A stretch of 64,000 bases of DNA from Chrysomallon squamiferum. Its lineage: Eukaryota; Animalia; Mollusca. A model generated the notes under the pieces. That model was not told the origin of the DNA. It ran no database searches and saw nothing but the letters and a program-made list of their open reading frames with translations. Position 1 is the first letter of the stretch; every line of letters starts with the position of its first letter. A program made the translations under genes and the position numbers. This document shows positions 25,135-39,739 of this stretch, piece by piece. The DNA lies in NCBI GenBank assembly GCA_012295275.1, contig CM022669.1:12214001-12278000 (forward strand), written 5' to 3'.

Positions 25135-28100
25135 AACAACCACAAAACAAAACAACAGCAAAAAAAAAAAAAAAATACTAAAGAAAAATAAAAATCCATT
25201 TGCAAATGAAAATTCTTGGCTTTGAATGTACTATATTAGTATACTATACATATCTAAAGACGTGTTAGAAGAATTAGTAAAATGTTAAAAAGTTATTTTA
25301 AAAAAGTAATCTGAACTTCAAAACAAAATAATATGCTAAACATCAACACTAAACTAAAAGCATCAGAGAAGAAAGCAAAGCCTACTGTGTCCTGCGAATC
25401 TGTAGCACGAAGTGGAGGAATTTAGGAAGAATGCAAAGTTCAAGGTCACCATTTTAGGGCAGGCTTGGGATGAAGGGGAATTTACAGTATGTAATTAACA
25501 AAACATGGATAACATGTATTAAACTTGAATGAAATGAAACAGATATATTCAAAAACAAATTCCATTTTCTTTTTTTAAACTTAGGTATCATTTCAAATAT
25601 GAGTCATAAAATCACAGTCAGAAGTATTATACTAACCAGAAAATAATCTTTTGCAGTCTAGGATAAACAACATGACCAAAACTTAAAATTATTTAAAATA
25701 TTCTATATTTAAATTTTTCTTCTTGTAAAATTATTTTTATCATACATACGATTGGATGTATATATATATATAAAAATTATTAATCATAGCTATTTTGATG
25801 TTAAAAAAAAAAGACAATGAAAAAGAACAATCAAATATAAAATAATATTTTTTATTAGTGTACACTGAATTAATTTTGTTAATAAAGCAGTATGTTCAGA
25901 TTCTATTTAAATAAAAAATATTCAAAAGCTTTTTAAAGTTAATTAGAATCGGAGAGATTATTTTTATAGCTGTTGAGCATTGACAGTAACAATTTTTTTT
26001 CTTCAGAAAGCCGGTTTTATCTGTGAAAATCAAACAAACATGGAAATTAATTTTCTTTAAAATGTAGTTATTTTCCTGTGTAATTTCTTTTTCTGATTGT
26101 TCCACAAATTCAACATTAGGTACTTTGTTAGAACATTTCAGAAGTATTTTGTACCAAGAACTTGTTTGATAAAGGTAAAAAAAAAAAAAAAAAAAATAAT
26201 AATAATAATAATAATAAAAGCTGTAGCCACAATGGAACTGCTGAAGGCAATTACATTATGTAACAATTTCTTATATAAGAGAATCTGGCTCTTCATGCAC
26301 CATCCTCAGTTTTAATGAATATTTTTTTAATAGTAGACATGTTTCATGGTTTTAACACTTTAAGCCATGAATTTTGTATTTAATATTACACAACCCCACA
26401 GCCTGTTTTGAAAATGAAATTGTTTTTATCAGCAACATATATTCCACAGATTATAGTGTGCAAGATGCTGCACAACCAGTGCATCAATAACAATTAAATA
26501 TTTTGTTGTGACTGAATCTGTGTTGTATCCCAGACAAATCTTCATCTGCTGGTTGCTTTATTAACTTTTTAAAATAACTGAATATTGTTGTGATTTGAAT
26601 TTTATATGTTATACGACTGGTCATGTGAGTCCTAGACACTATTATTGATGTATTTTTTTTTTTATATATAAACTGTAATCCATCCGTAGTAATGTGTGTA
26701 AATATTCTTTGGTAAATACTTTATAAAAATAGTTTAATATACTGCTTGTAATTCATTCCTAGATATATTTCTAGACTGCAGTGTTATGATTAAAAACATA
26801 ATGTTTGATACATAAAATCATTTTAAATATTAAAATTATATTTAGCTGGTCATTAGCTGACTATAATTATGTTAATAAAAAAAATGTCTGTATCATGAAG
26901 TTAAAAAGATTTTTATTACTGTTTCACAACAATACATACATGTAGCAGAAGAAGGAATTTTAAAATTAATAAGTTAGTTTTTATGAATGATAAATGTTAG
27001 TGTTGTGTAAGTTTTAGAGAAAGGAATGGATGTTAAGTTATTTGTTATTCTGTAGTTATGTGTTTACAGAAGATGATGATTAAGATGTAGTACAAACTGG
27101 ATATATTGTGTGTGTAAGCTAGGAGTTTGTTTGCCCATAACATCATTTTCAAATGTTAACTCTCTCCCCGATTAGTTCAGTGAAAACAGTCTAGGTTTCC
27201 TATCGCTGCTGATTTTAATACCATTTTTATAATGAACTGAATTCTGCTAGCATTAAAATGTTCTTTTGTGGTTGCATTATTTCACTTCAGAATTATTTTT
27301 ATCTTTTAAATATTTTATGCATTATATTTTCTAATTATTAAAGTTTCAAAGCGCATTTTTAAACTTTTGATTGATTTGTTCCGTGGGGTTGAACAAAACC
27401 CTCCTACCTGACTAGAATTCAGAAATATAATTTTTACCTCATTTCGTTAAATATCCGCACTGAATTAATTAGAGGATGGCTTTTGAAAACGATGCTTTGA
27501 GAACATTTTCACGTACTTCTTTTTAACAACGTTTAATTTATTATCACCAACCTCTGAACTAACTGCTTCTTCAGCATTTTCATTGTCTGGATTGGTTTTG
27601 GTTTGAACGGTGTTATATGACAAGTGAATACTGGGGAACTGGCTTGAGTTATCTTTGGTTATACATGGATAGAGAAAAGTGGAACCCGTGTCGCTGGGCT
27701 GGTTGCGGTGCAGACATCGACGTTCGTACTTTAGCACGATGCTGTCACTCGACAGAGCGTGATTGTTACCGAAATATCTGTCCAATAGACTTTTGTAATA
27801 CTGCCGATCTTTAATGCGTGTGCGTGATGATCGACCACCAAGGTAGGTATCCTTAACATTGAGATTGTGAAAAGGCCATCTCTGATTGTCCTACGTGCAT
27901 TGCAAGAAAACACATGGTGAGGAGACAATGTGAGGGGAAAAAAATGTGAAAGGTGAGACGATCCAGACTTCATGAATGTTATTTACTTAAATTAAAATAT
28001 CTATAAACTTTTTCAGATACATAATGAAAAAAAAAAAAAAAAAAAAAAATAAATAGGGAAAAAGTTTTGGAGTTGTTAGAGAAAATATTTTGTCAAAATC

Positions 28101-31100
28101 CTCATCCATAGTGTGTGAATATAAAAATATAATGAAAAGCTTTGTAAACATCAGAGATAATTATATTTTAATGGATTTTTTTTGGATTTTTTTGTTTGTT
28201 AAAGTAAGTGATAATGACAGTTAATTACAGACAAAATGGATATTAGTTTAAAATCAACATTCCAATTTTGGTCAAATATTGAGATGTGTATATATCCCTG
28301 CTATCCCAAACACTGAGAGAAAAACCAAAACAAAAAATCCTCAATCTTTTCCAATATCTGAAATAAGTTTAGGGTGGATAATTTAAAAATATGTTAATAA
28401 ATTTCAGTTTTCTTTTTTTTAATATAGACTTATTAAAACAAACAAACCCAGCCCATATATATATAAATATTTTATCATGAAGTCTGGACTGGTAAACAGG
28501 TATTAACTCTGAGATTTCAAAAAAAGAGCAATGGTATTAATGAACATGAACTAAAATAAAATAAGAAATCCAGAACATCAAAGAATAATTTATCAAAGCT
28601 CTGTGAAATTAAATCAATAGTTTTTAATTTTGTTCTCTGAATGATGACAGAATTGATTCATTATGAATAAATAATTTCAATTATTAAAGATTTCACCTTT
28701 GAAGGTTACTTTTCTTTGATGTTCTGTGTTTTGAAGTGAATAGTAACTTTATTAAGACAACAAAATTCACAACATTTAATAGATGGATTCTATTGAAAAA
28801 AATATTTAATAGTTCATTTGTAATTTCTAATATTACTAAACTGTTATTTGTTAGAATGCATTGTACAGTTTTGAATCTAACTTACACACCTAAGTGGTTG
28901 TGCTACAATACTGTGTGGATGGAGGATTAAAAACAAACATGCATCAAGAATTTACAAATGGATCTAAATAATGCAAATGGACGACATAAAAAAAAAATAC
29001 TGATTTCTACATGCAAACAACATGTAAAAAATGATGTTATTTTAATGCTATTTTCTAAATAACTGCTGATGAAAACACTTACTACTGCAGTTAATGGTCT
29101 ATATAAAAAAAATAATGTTATTTTAATGCTGTTTACTAAACAACAGCAACTGAAAATGTTTGACTATTGCAGGGAGTGTTGTAAATAAAAAAAAAAAAAT
29201 GATGTTATTTTAATGCTATTTTCTAAACAACTGCTACTATAAATACTTACTGCTGCAGGGAGGGTTCGGGGATCTGGCCGAATGGAGCCGCCCATGGTAC
29301 CTGGGGTGCAGTGCAGCAGACGATACACATGCTCGACAATGCCGAGTCCTCGCACGAGGTTGTCACGCTGTAGCAAGCCACTGATGCGTTCCAGTTCCTC
29401 CTCTTCGAGAATATCGATTGGTTTGGTCGTATCAAGTGGCTCTTCACTAATGGGACTCTGCTGACAGAAACACGTGCACAAATATTGGACATGCAGAAAG
29501 CTGGACATGCTCATCACAGTTAACAGAACTCATAATATGTCATGAAATAGTTTTAGTAGTGCACAAACATAATTAGAGTTTATAGATTCTGTTATGTCAT
29601 AATTGTCTGTCGTTGATAATGTGTATACATTTTCACAAGAAAAATACCAAATATCAGTCATTTTTTCATATAATTTGATGGTTACAAATCAATTATTATT
29701 ATTATTTTTTTTAACAGTTATATAACAGTTGGCAATCACTTGACCATTTTTCAAGGCTGTTTTCTTTTCAAATAAACTAAATATTTATTAGCATAAGCAC
29801 TGAACTTTTAAAATGAGTAAATCACTAATCAGCATTAATATTTTTTCCCTGCTTTTTTTCAATAAGGTATTTTTATATTTTTTTTTTTTTTTTTTTTTTT
29901 TTACTCTTTTATGAATTTATTCTTTTGTTATTTTGATTAAAATTCTTTTAAACTATGACACTCCTGTTACAGATCTAGGTACAGTCTGTTACAGGATGCA
30001 CTACATTAAGTTCCAGCCTTAATATAATGGAAGAATAAAGCACAAGTGAAGTAAATCTGGCTTTGACAGTCAGTTATTAATTATGAAACTGTGAAATTAC
30101 AGTTATATAACTAACTGTTGTTAGATATCATTAATAAACCTATAGCAACTGAAGCTGAATGTAATTAATGACGTAACTGTGAGTTTGGTTATTGTACAGT
30201 TACATCATAATATGACAAAATTAATGTAAGATAAGTTGTGTTTATTAATAATACTTATGTTGAGTCGTAATAGAAATGCAATAATAATTCTTAACAACTT
30301 AATTTATATAAGGGACATTTATATACATAGCAAATGGTTAATATTGAATTAGAACTCATTAATGATTATCATGAATAAATAAATAAATCACTTTTTGTTT
30401 TTAAATAATACTTTTTTTTTTCCTTTTTTTAAAAAGCTATCTTTTTTATTTTATAAATTAATAAACTGTTCTTACTTCATTAACTCTAAAAGCCAATATA
30501 GAGTCCAAAACAAACTGGTTTAAATGATTATATCAAAAGTTTCATTTGTTCTGATGAATAAATGCAAATGCTTTATCTCATTCAACTTTTGCTTTGTGCA
30601 TAAAGCCACATGCCACATCAGATGTGATTGAAACTCATTCTACAGAATTTCATCAAGCTGTATCATGCTTCAAACAATTTCATGCATGCTATAAGCTGTA
30701 CAGTGTCAATTATATTCAACTTGTCAAAAATACTGCTTATCTCCAATTAATGAAAAACACTGTAAAATTATATAAATATAACAGGAAAGGAGAGGGAATG
30801 AACCAAAGAGAACAAAAATTATGAATAGGTAGAAATAGAGAGAATTAGGAACAGAAGTTGACAAACAGATGGAAAAAAACAATTAGGAAGACAGATAAAT
30901 TAGACAGATGGAGAAAAAGATGGAGAAAAATACATTCAGGTTAGACAGACAGACAGATGGAAGGACGGAGCAGTAAAGAACAGACACACAGTCAGATCAA
31001 TAACTGAGAACAGATTTACAGACAGATACAGTTACAGAAATGATATTTTAAACCTGACAGGGGGGGTATGAGTGAGAGAGAGAAAGAAAATGTTGTCTTC

Positions 31101-31460
31101 TTACCTCCTGATTTATCCGAGATCCGTTGAAGAGTCTTGATGGCAGACAGGTTCGTGTGAGAGCCCGTCGTTTGCGACTGTTTGGACTCTCTGGTCTCAA
31201 GCCATCCTTCTTTTTACCTGACTTCATAGACTCAGACTTCTCCTTCTTACGTGTGATTTCTTCACGTTGTTGTCTGTAAACATCAGTAAATAACATCAGT
31301 ATGTTCATTTTCCTTTTGACTATTTAGAAGTGGTTCGTTGTGAAGAAAAGATCATTTTTTATTTCCATACTTTTGACAGTAAGAATAGATTAATTTTATG
31401 TATGTCTATATGTATGCTCCCATGTGTGTGTGTGTGCGCATGTGTGATGGTGGTGGTGGT

Positions 31461-31504
<44 letters not shown>

Positions 31505-32405
31505 TGTGTATTATTATTATTACATTTTATATTATTTTATTTTACCTAATTTGACATGATTCTTACAATGAATGTATGTTCTTGTACTTTCATTGTAAGA
31601 ATTGAACCCAGTTATGTAAAAGAAAATGTTTAACTTCCAAAATAGAGTAATACACTAGTTATTTCAACAATTAAAAATTATAATAAAAAGAATTTCAGTA
31701 ATGTGTACATAATAATCTTTATTGTCTCAATGATAAGAACATTACAATAGTTTTCGTTTTAGGGTATTTCGTTCTGGGGTACATTCAAACAGAAAACAAT
31801 AACTATGTTGGAAAAACCATATATTACAACTACAAGAAATACTTATTCGTGGAATCTTTAATCTAACACCGTTAGCTGTACTATAAAACTAATAAAGAAA
31901 GAAAGAAAAAAATCTTTAAAAAAGATTAATGCTATTTTCTGGAAAATGTACACATTTTTTGAATACTGAAAGACATAAAATGGTTATTTATTTATCTCAG
32001 AATTAATTTTTAATTTTTTTTTTTTTTTTTTACCTGGCCATCTCAGATCTGGCTCGAAATGCTGCAGTTTCTTGGAAAAGTGTTCCACTGGAGTGAAAGA
32101 ACTTTTCATATTTTTCACAACCAGGAGCAGGATAAATTCTACGGAAGTTTCCCATGTGTGAATTTTCATACCTCTCTTGTTGTTCCAAGAACTGTGTCTG
32201 GGCCTGTTCAATTTCTTCTCTGTGAAATCAAGACCACAGTGAATTAGCATGGATTGTTGAAACACATTTCATATAGTGGATGTACATTATAATGGACTAA
32301 ATACGAAATAAATGTTATCTAGAAGAATTAAAGTTTAAATTAAATTTATATCAGGTATTTCGGGGATTTTTTTTTTTAATCAAAGCTTAAAAAAAAAAAA
32401 TAAAA

Positions 32406-32463
<58 letters not shown>

Positions 32464-33656
32464 AAGTAAAATAAATAAAGGAGAAATAAACAAATAAAAT
32501 TACTACCAGCCTTAGTGACATAATGGCGAAATGTCAAACTTATAGCTACTGGGATCAAATCATGATATTGTTTAATTAAATATGAAATATTAATTTTGAA
32601 ACAAATTAATAGCAATAAATATAGTTATAAAACAGTAATTAATAATCTGTCTTTTACAATCTTTTTCACTAGACATTAATTAATTAATTAATTAGCAATC
32701 ACACAGTAATATTTTTTTGTCTTGTGTAATTAATAATGCTGGAAACAAATGCATCAGATAATAAATAACCTATCTCACTGCATCATCTTATTTCAATTAT
32801 TTATTTTTAATACAAAAAAACTCACTTTGTTTCCTTCTTTGAATATTTGCCTAAGAGTCGTTCTTTGATCCTCTTCCTTTCTTCGTCAATGCACCGCCTT
32901 CGATCACATGCACCAAAGTTAACCAGGTTCAGTGTGTCCCAGATCAGGGTCCCCTTGATATCCCGATCTAGCTCAGCATCAGTGGCAAAGCTTGGTGAAT
33001 GATTTACCTGGTGGGTTGGGGAAAAGAAAGACATTTTTTAAAAGAACAGGCAACGAAATTAGCACTTGTATTGGGAATTAAAATAAACTATCTGTACTTG
33101 TTTTTCATTCATGGTGATATCTCAGATAATTGTGCATATACACTTAATAGTCTATAGACACACTTTCTCTTTCTGAGTCTATATTGTTATCTCTCTCTCT
33201 CTCTCTCAGTCTCTTTCTCAGTCTCTCTCTCTCTCTTTCTCTCAGCCTCTCTCTCAGTCTCTCTCTGTTTTTCTCTTTCCTATTGCATATCTGCACTCTC
33301 TTTCCCTCTCTGTATCTCTCGCTCTCTCTGAAATACCTCTAGAATATATGGTCTCATCTTCTTGTCCAGCAAGATATCAATGCCGAGGATCTCAAAACAG
33401 GCGCTGCCCTTGACGTGGTTGGGGAAGCAGGTGCGGTAGTTGTGTTTCAGTACTGAGTGTGCCGAGATGCATGTCTTAATGATGACATCATCAATGTCAT
33501 TCCACATCTTCTCTACATTGTAACCTTTTTCTTGTAGGTATTTGTTTACTGTGGTGATTCTCCTGTTATGATTATATAAGAGATAGTGAAAGAAATAGAA
33601 ACTAAGTTGAAAATACAACAAAATCAAAAATTAAATTTTTTAAATCAATGATAATT

Positions 33657-33714
<58 letters not shown>

Positions 33715-34066
33715 AATCTAAATAATTAATTTTCTACATTAGTAAAAGTGTCAATAATTTAATTAATAATTTAATTCTTACCTTTTACTGCCAGCTTCAT
33801 CATCTCTGACGAAGTCTGAACTGTGTTTGTTTATGGCATAGTTTGTCAGGTGCATATACACATTATCCTGAAATATAGATCATAGGTGAAATCCATGACT
33901 TGTCAGAGATAGCAGACAGAAAGTTAAATCATTCCTTTTTAAATCATAATAAAATGAGGCTAACAGAAATTCAATAATAAAAAGAATGGAAGTATTTTAT
34001 GCATGTGTTTATGTTTTGCTGAGGCAAAGAAAGAGGTATAGAGAGGCAGGGAGGGAGGGAGGGAGG

Positions 34067-34119
<53 letters not shown>

Positions 34120-34533
34120 TGTATTTGCATTGTGTAATGGTTCAAACATTGTCTCTTTATATTTTTTAAATGTATATAGGATATGTACAAATTAACACAT
34201 ATATAACTACATTCAAACACAGACCGACACACATAGTGACAGGCACTCACGCATGTATATATGTACATATCAAAGATACTTACTGTATTGTTGTGAGTTG
34301 GCTCATAATACTTGGTTGTGGCAAATCTGGCGAGACCATCTTTGAAGACGAAAATTCTAAGTGGATCACATGAGGTGATGAGTGTGTAAATTCTCAAGTC
34401 AAATTTAAAGCCATCAATTAGAAAAGGCTGAAAAATGACATAATAATAAATTAACTGGATTTTCTCTCTGTAATGTTAGAGATAACATAAGATATAATAA
34501 GATGAAAGACTGAAAAAAGAGAGAGACTAAGAG

Positions 34534-34593
<60 letters not shown>

Positions 34594-37077
34594 CGATGGA
34601 AGGTATATCGATAGACAGAAAAAAGTTACAAGCATTTAAAACAAAATCAAATAATTCTTATTACTTTGTCATGATATGTAAAGCAGATACCTTTCTATGA
34701 ACTTTATACATTCCTAAGCTTGTCTCGTACTTTTAACCATTTTAAAGGAATCCTTTAACACAAATGCTTTATCCCAAGAACAGGGAAGCACATACCACTT
34801 TGTTTTTCTCTAAAGAACTTGCTGAATGAGGAAAGTGCTGTAAATTAACAAACCTTAGTAACATAAACTTGACAGATCATGTGTTCATGTGGTTTGATTT
34901 CTCTTGGATTTTTCGTCACCCAGATTCCACGACCCTGGCAGCCAGACTCAGGCTTCAGTATGTATGTTTTGTTTTTCTTCTGTCTGGTGTAGGCTTGAAA
35001 ATCTCCATAACTGAAATAAAATAAAATAAAATAAAATAAAATAAAATAATTATCTAAATCACTAACTAACTAACTAAATAAATCATTAAATAAATAAATA
35101 AATAAATAAATAAATCATTAAATGAATGAATAAATATATAAATAAATAAATCATTAAATAAATAAATAAATAAATCATTAAATGAATGAATGAATAAATA
35201 AATAAATCATTAAATAAATAAATGAATAACAAAGTAAATAAATGAAATGAACAGAAATATAATGTACACATGTACTCACATTAAAACATAAATTTCACAT
35301 TCAAAACATATATGAATACTTCTGCACACAAACACACAGTTACTGAACATATTCTGAAACACACACAGACACTAAGATACACTGACAAAGAGAAAAAGTC
35401 CCTGTCAAAGGAAAACTCACTCTGCAGGAAGACACCAAGTTTTTGGGAAGACGCTGTATTCCTTGGGGAACACTTTGTACATTCTGTTCAGGTTTCGAGC
35501 AAGAAGATCTTTTCGACATATTTCATTCATTCCAGGAAAGTGGTTTATTTTCTGAAATTTAAAATATAAAAATTAAGCTAACAGTACAAAAAAATTTTAA
35601 AATTAAAAATTAAAATATTTTTTTTTATTTAAAATTATTTATAAGTAACTTTGGTGGCATGAAAAATAGCCTAGTACTTTAAAGTAATTGTCATAATTTT
35701 CTATTATATTCAACCTTTACTAAAATTAAAGTAAGCCATTGAAAGGAGACAGACCATTAAAATTATAATCCATGAAACTGTACATAATATTAAAATATAA
35801 TCTACATTTTACATTATGCAGTAATCAATGACCATGAATGAAGAATTAAAATTTAATCAATGACAATGCAGATATTATTAAATTATAATCTACGACAATG
35901 TATCATTAAAATACAATCTATGACAGTGTATTTATTAAATCTTGGACAAGGTAAAACTAAAACACAGTTTCTCCAGACTGACCTGATATTTTTTCATGTC
36001 CATGACTCGCTCCAAAGCCACAGAGTAATCCGTCCAGTACAGAGTCCAGTCTTCATCTTCAGATACTTCCTTGAAACCAAACCGTCGAGCTACTCTACGT
36101 ACTGAAAATAATAAAAACTTTTATAGCGAGCAGTAACAATAATAATATGGAGAAGAAGAAGAAGAAGAAGAAGAAGAAGAAACAACAGCAATACTAACAA
36201 TAATAATAAAATTGGATATAAATAAATATATATATATATTATTTTTAAAAAACCCCAAAATTATTAATATAAAAAATAAAATTGGATAAATAATAATAAC
36301 TGATTAAAAAGAAATTAAATAAATGCCTAATAATATCTAATAATAAATGTATCTTCATAGTTCATTATATCAAATAAAACATATAAAATTTAATTTAAAC
36401 AAATAATAAAATAAACAGAAACTATATTCTCAACAAACATCATTTCAAAACATCAATTCTTCTTCTTCTTCTTCTTATTATTAATTTTTAAATTTTTTTA
36501 CACAATTTTATTCAAAATTTTTAATACCAAAGAAAATATGTAAATGGATTGAATAATTTAGTGGTCATTACTATTTAAAAAAATCTATTCATACTGAGTT
36601 GTCACTGAACAAGAAGAGAACTATTTCTTTAAAAGAACCAGATCAAAGCTTAGAGATCCAGACTTTGAAAAAAAGCCAAGGTCACTAAGTCTTTGCAAAT
36701 CAATAGGCACACAGCCAATATAAAAGAGTGCAAGATGTTTTTAAAGATTAATAAAAGGTAGTGGGTATAAAACTGTTTGTATAAAACTTTTTATAAAAAA
36801 ATTAATCATAGTTCTGTATGTAAGTATGTGTATATATATATATTTTTTTTCTTTAATTTATAATATGATTGTAATTTAACAAAAAAATAAATAAATAACA
36901 AAGAAAATTTTTATGGAAGTCATTATGACAAATAATTTTTTAATACTGTCTGCAGATAAAATGTGATTTACCTTTTTTTAATACAGATTAAAAGTTATGT
37001 ACTCTCTCACTTTATTTTTTCTCTCTTGCACACAAACACACACACATGCACGCACGAACGCACACACAACCACACGT

Positions 37078-37119
<42 letters not shown>

Positions 37120-39365
37120 CTAATAAATAATTGGTTCTTTAACACTCACCAACATCATATTTGCAATTTGAAAGACAAATATATATCCACCTGAAAAATT
37201 AAAGAAGAAAAAATTAAAATTAAATAGGTTTATTAATCAGTTAGATATTTTGACATAAGAATTCAATATTTCTGTGACATAATAGCTGGAAAATTAAACT
37301 GGATTTTGTCTGGCTTTGTATGACATATATTTTCAGTATTATATCAGTATGCCCTCATTTTAACTAGTGCACAATGACTTGTTTATCAAAACATTTCTTG
37401 CTGATAATCAACACAAGTAGCCCATTGAACAAAAAATATTTCAGCTATTGGGTTTCAAATAATCACAATCACACACACTCTCACACATGCATAAAGATAT
37501 AAAAAAACAAATATACACATGCAAATAATGTTAATTAAAATACCACACAAGAAGCTGTTTATTACAGAGAAATAAAGTTTAAAGTTAAAAGTTTAAAAAT
37601 AATGTAAACATTTTAATATAAATTCAAAACAGAATGAAATTGAATTCCACCACATTTTTTGTGCAAAATAAATGCTTTACCCTGTTGCACAGATTTTCTA
37701 TCTAATATGATAATTAAATTCAAAAGAAAAATAAATTAAAAAAAGAACAGAAATGTACATAAATGAAAACATTCCTAACATCAATCATTGATATTAAAAT
37801 ACACTGAGGAACCATTCAACAAGATTAATTATTTTACTTCTTAACGACATTCATATGGAATAAAAGATAAATATATTTCTGAGGATCTCTGTTCATATTT
37901 CATAGAACAGGACATGTTAATTAAACTGATGAGACTGATAATTAATCTGAAAACAGGTTTATATTTGATCATGTTGACCAATGACACTTAAAGTAAAGGT
38001 TTATTCAACCAAAAAATGAGCACTTTGACCTAAGATCAACTGTTTCCTTATATCTGACCCTTTCATGCCCAACCTCAAAAAGATTTACCTAGATAAATAA
38101 ATATATATGTATATGAGTAGGCTGTATTAATATAAAATTTATGAGTGTGTGGCTTAGTATGATTTTGTATGTGCTTATGAATCACTGTGTGTATATGTCA
38201 TATATGGGTTAAAATAATATATGTCTCTGTGTTGTGATTATCTTTGTTTTTTATGATATGAATATCTATGTTAGTCATGAAATACTCACATACACACACA
38301 AACACACACAATAAACAAGCTAAGCTGAGGAATTCAAACTGAAGAAAATTGACAGTTAAATAACTGCTGTAAATATATTACAATGACACTGTACTTCATT
38401 AAAACTGCAATAAATAATGAAAACACATTAGTTATTTCAAATACCAGACCAATATATCGGCTTTCTTGCATATTAAAAGTTATAACTGACACAGTAATAT
38501 ATTAAACTCATAAATTCAACCATAAGAAAGACTTAATTTACGACCGGTCTTCTAAGCACCACAATTCTCTGAAGTTTCAAAACAAACAAAAAAGATGAAG
38601 AATTATTCACTGACACAACTGTTTTGCATTGAGATCAACAAATAATTTATAACCAAATGTCTAGATATATTCACTGAAACTGAAATAAATAAAATAAAGG
38701 AGATGTGTTTGCTGAGAGTGTGTGTGTGTGTGTGTGTATTTATGTGTATGGAATAAGTAAATAGCCACTAATGACAGAAAATCTATTGCAGCCAATCCAC
38801 AAGTTTTATATTTTTTTTCTTTATTATTATTATTATTTTTGTTAAATTAATATTCAAGTGTGTGTTCATATATTTTTTTCAGTTAGACAGGACAGCTTGT
38901 ACCAAGTCATCTGATGACTGTCCTGAGAAATCTCTGAAAAAAGGCACTAAAGACGAATAGTTACAAATACATTATGCTATAAAGCAACCACTAAACTACA
39001 GTTACCCTCTAAATAAAATGCATTAATGAAAATGGATTCATTATACGCTTTGTCAAATATGTTAACCTTCTGTAATCTTTTCACAAACCAGTGTAATTGA
39101 TAACAAATTGGTTCAGGCAGAACTGATTGTACTCCTTGAATGGCTATTTTACAAGTTGACATATAGATCAACATAAGAGTACTCAGATAATGATAAAGTG
39201 AATGTTCTCTACATATAATAAGACAATTCATATTTAATATATTTTTATTTTATGGCCATTAAAATGTGTATGTTTATCGTGCATAGCCTGCAATCACACA
39301 TAACATAGAGCTTACCTATCAAGCAAACCATAACTCTGAATGAACATATATAAATATATATATAG

Positions 39366-39398
<33 letters not shown>

Positions 39399-39476
39399 TT
39401 ACATTGACTAAAATGGTGTACCAAAGAACTTTTTCAAAACTATTTTATTTTATAATTTTAAAAATATAATAATAAA

Positions 39477-39514
<38 letters not shown>

Positions 39515-39707
39515 TGTATATAGGTATGTATGTATATATGAATGTATGTATGTATGTGTGTATGTGCATGTGTGTATATGTATATGTGTTTGTATGTATG
39601 TATACATGTATAGAAACACACAGTGTGAACAAACATATATATGTACATGCACATACACACATACATATATACATACATATATATATATACATACATACAT
39701 ACATACA

Positions 39708-39739
<32 letters not shown>

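Noticed and set aside
28571-28726. 15-bp inverted repeat CAGAACATCAAAGAA and exon-like signals
   Set aside because: The repeat is short, and the putative exon has an in-frame stop in the required phase.
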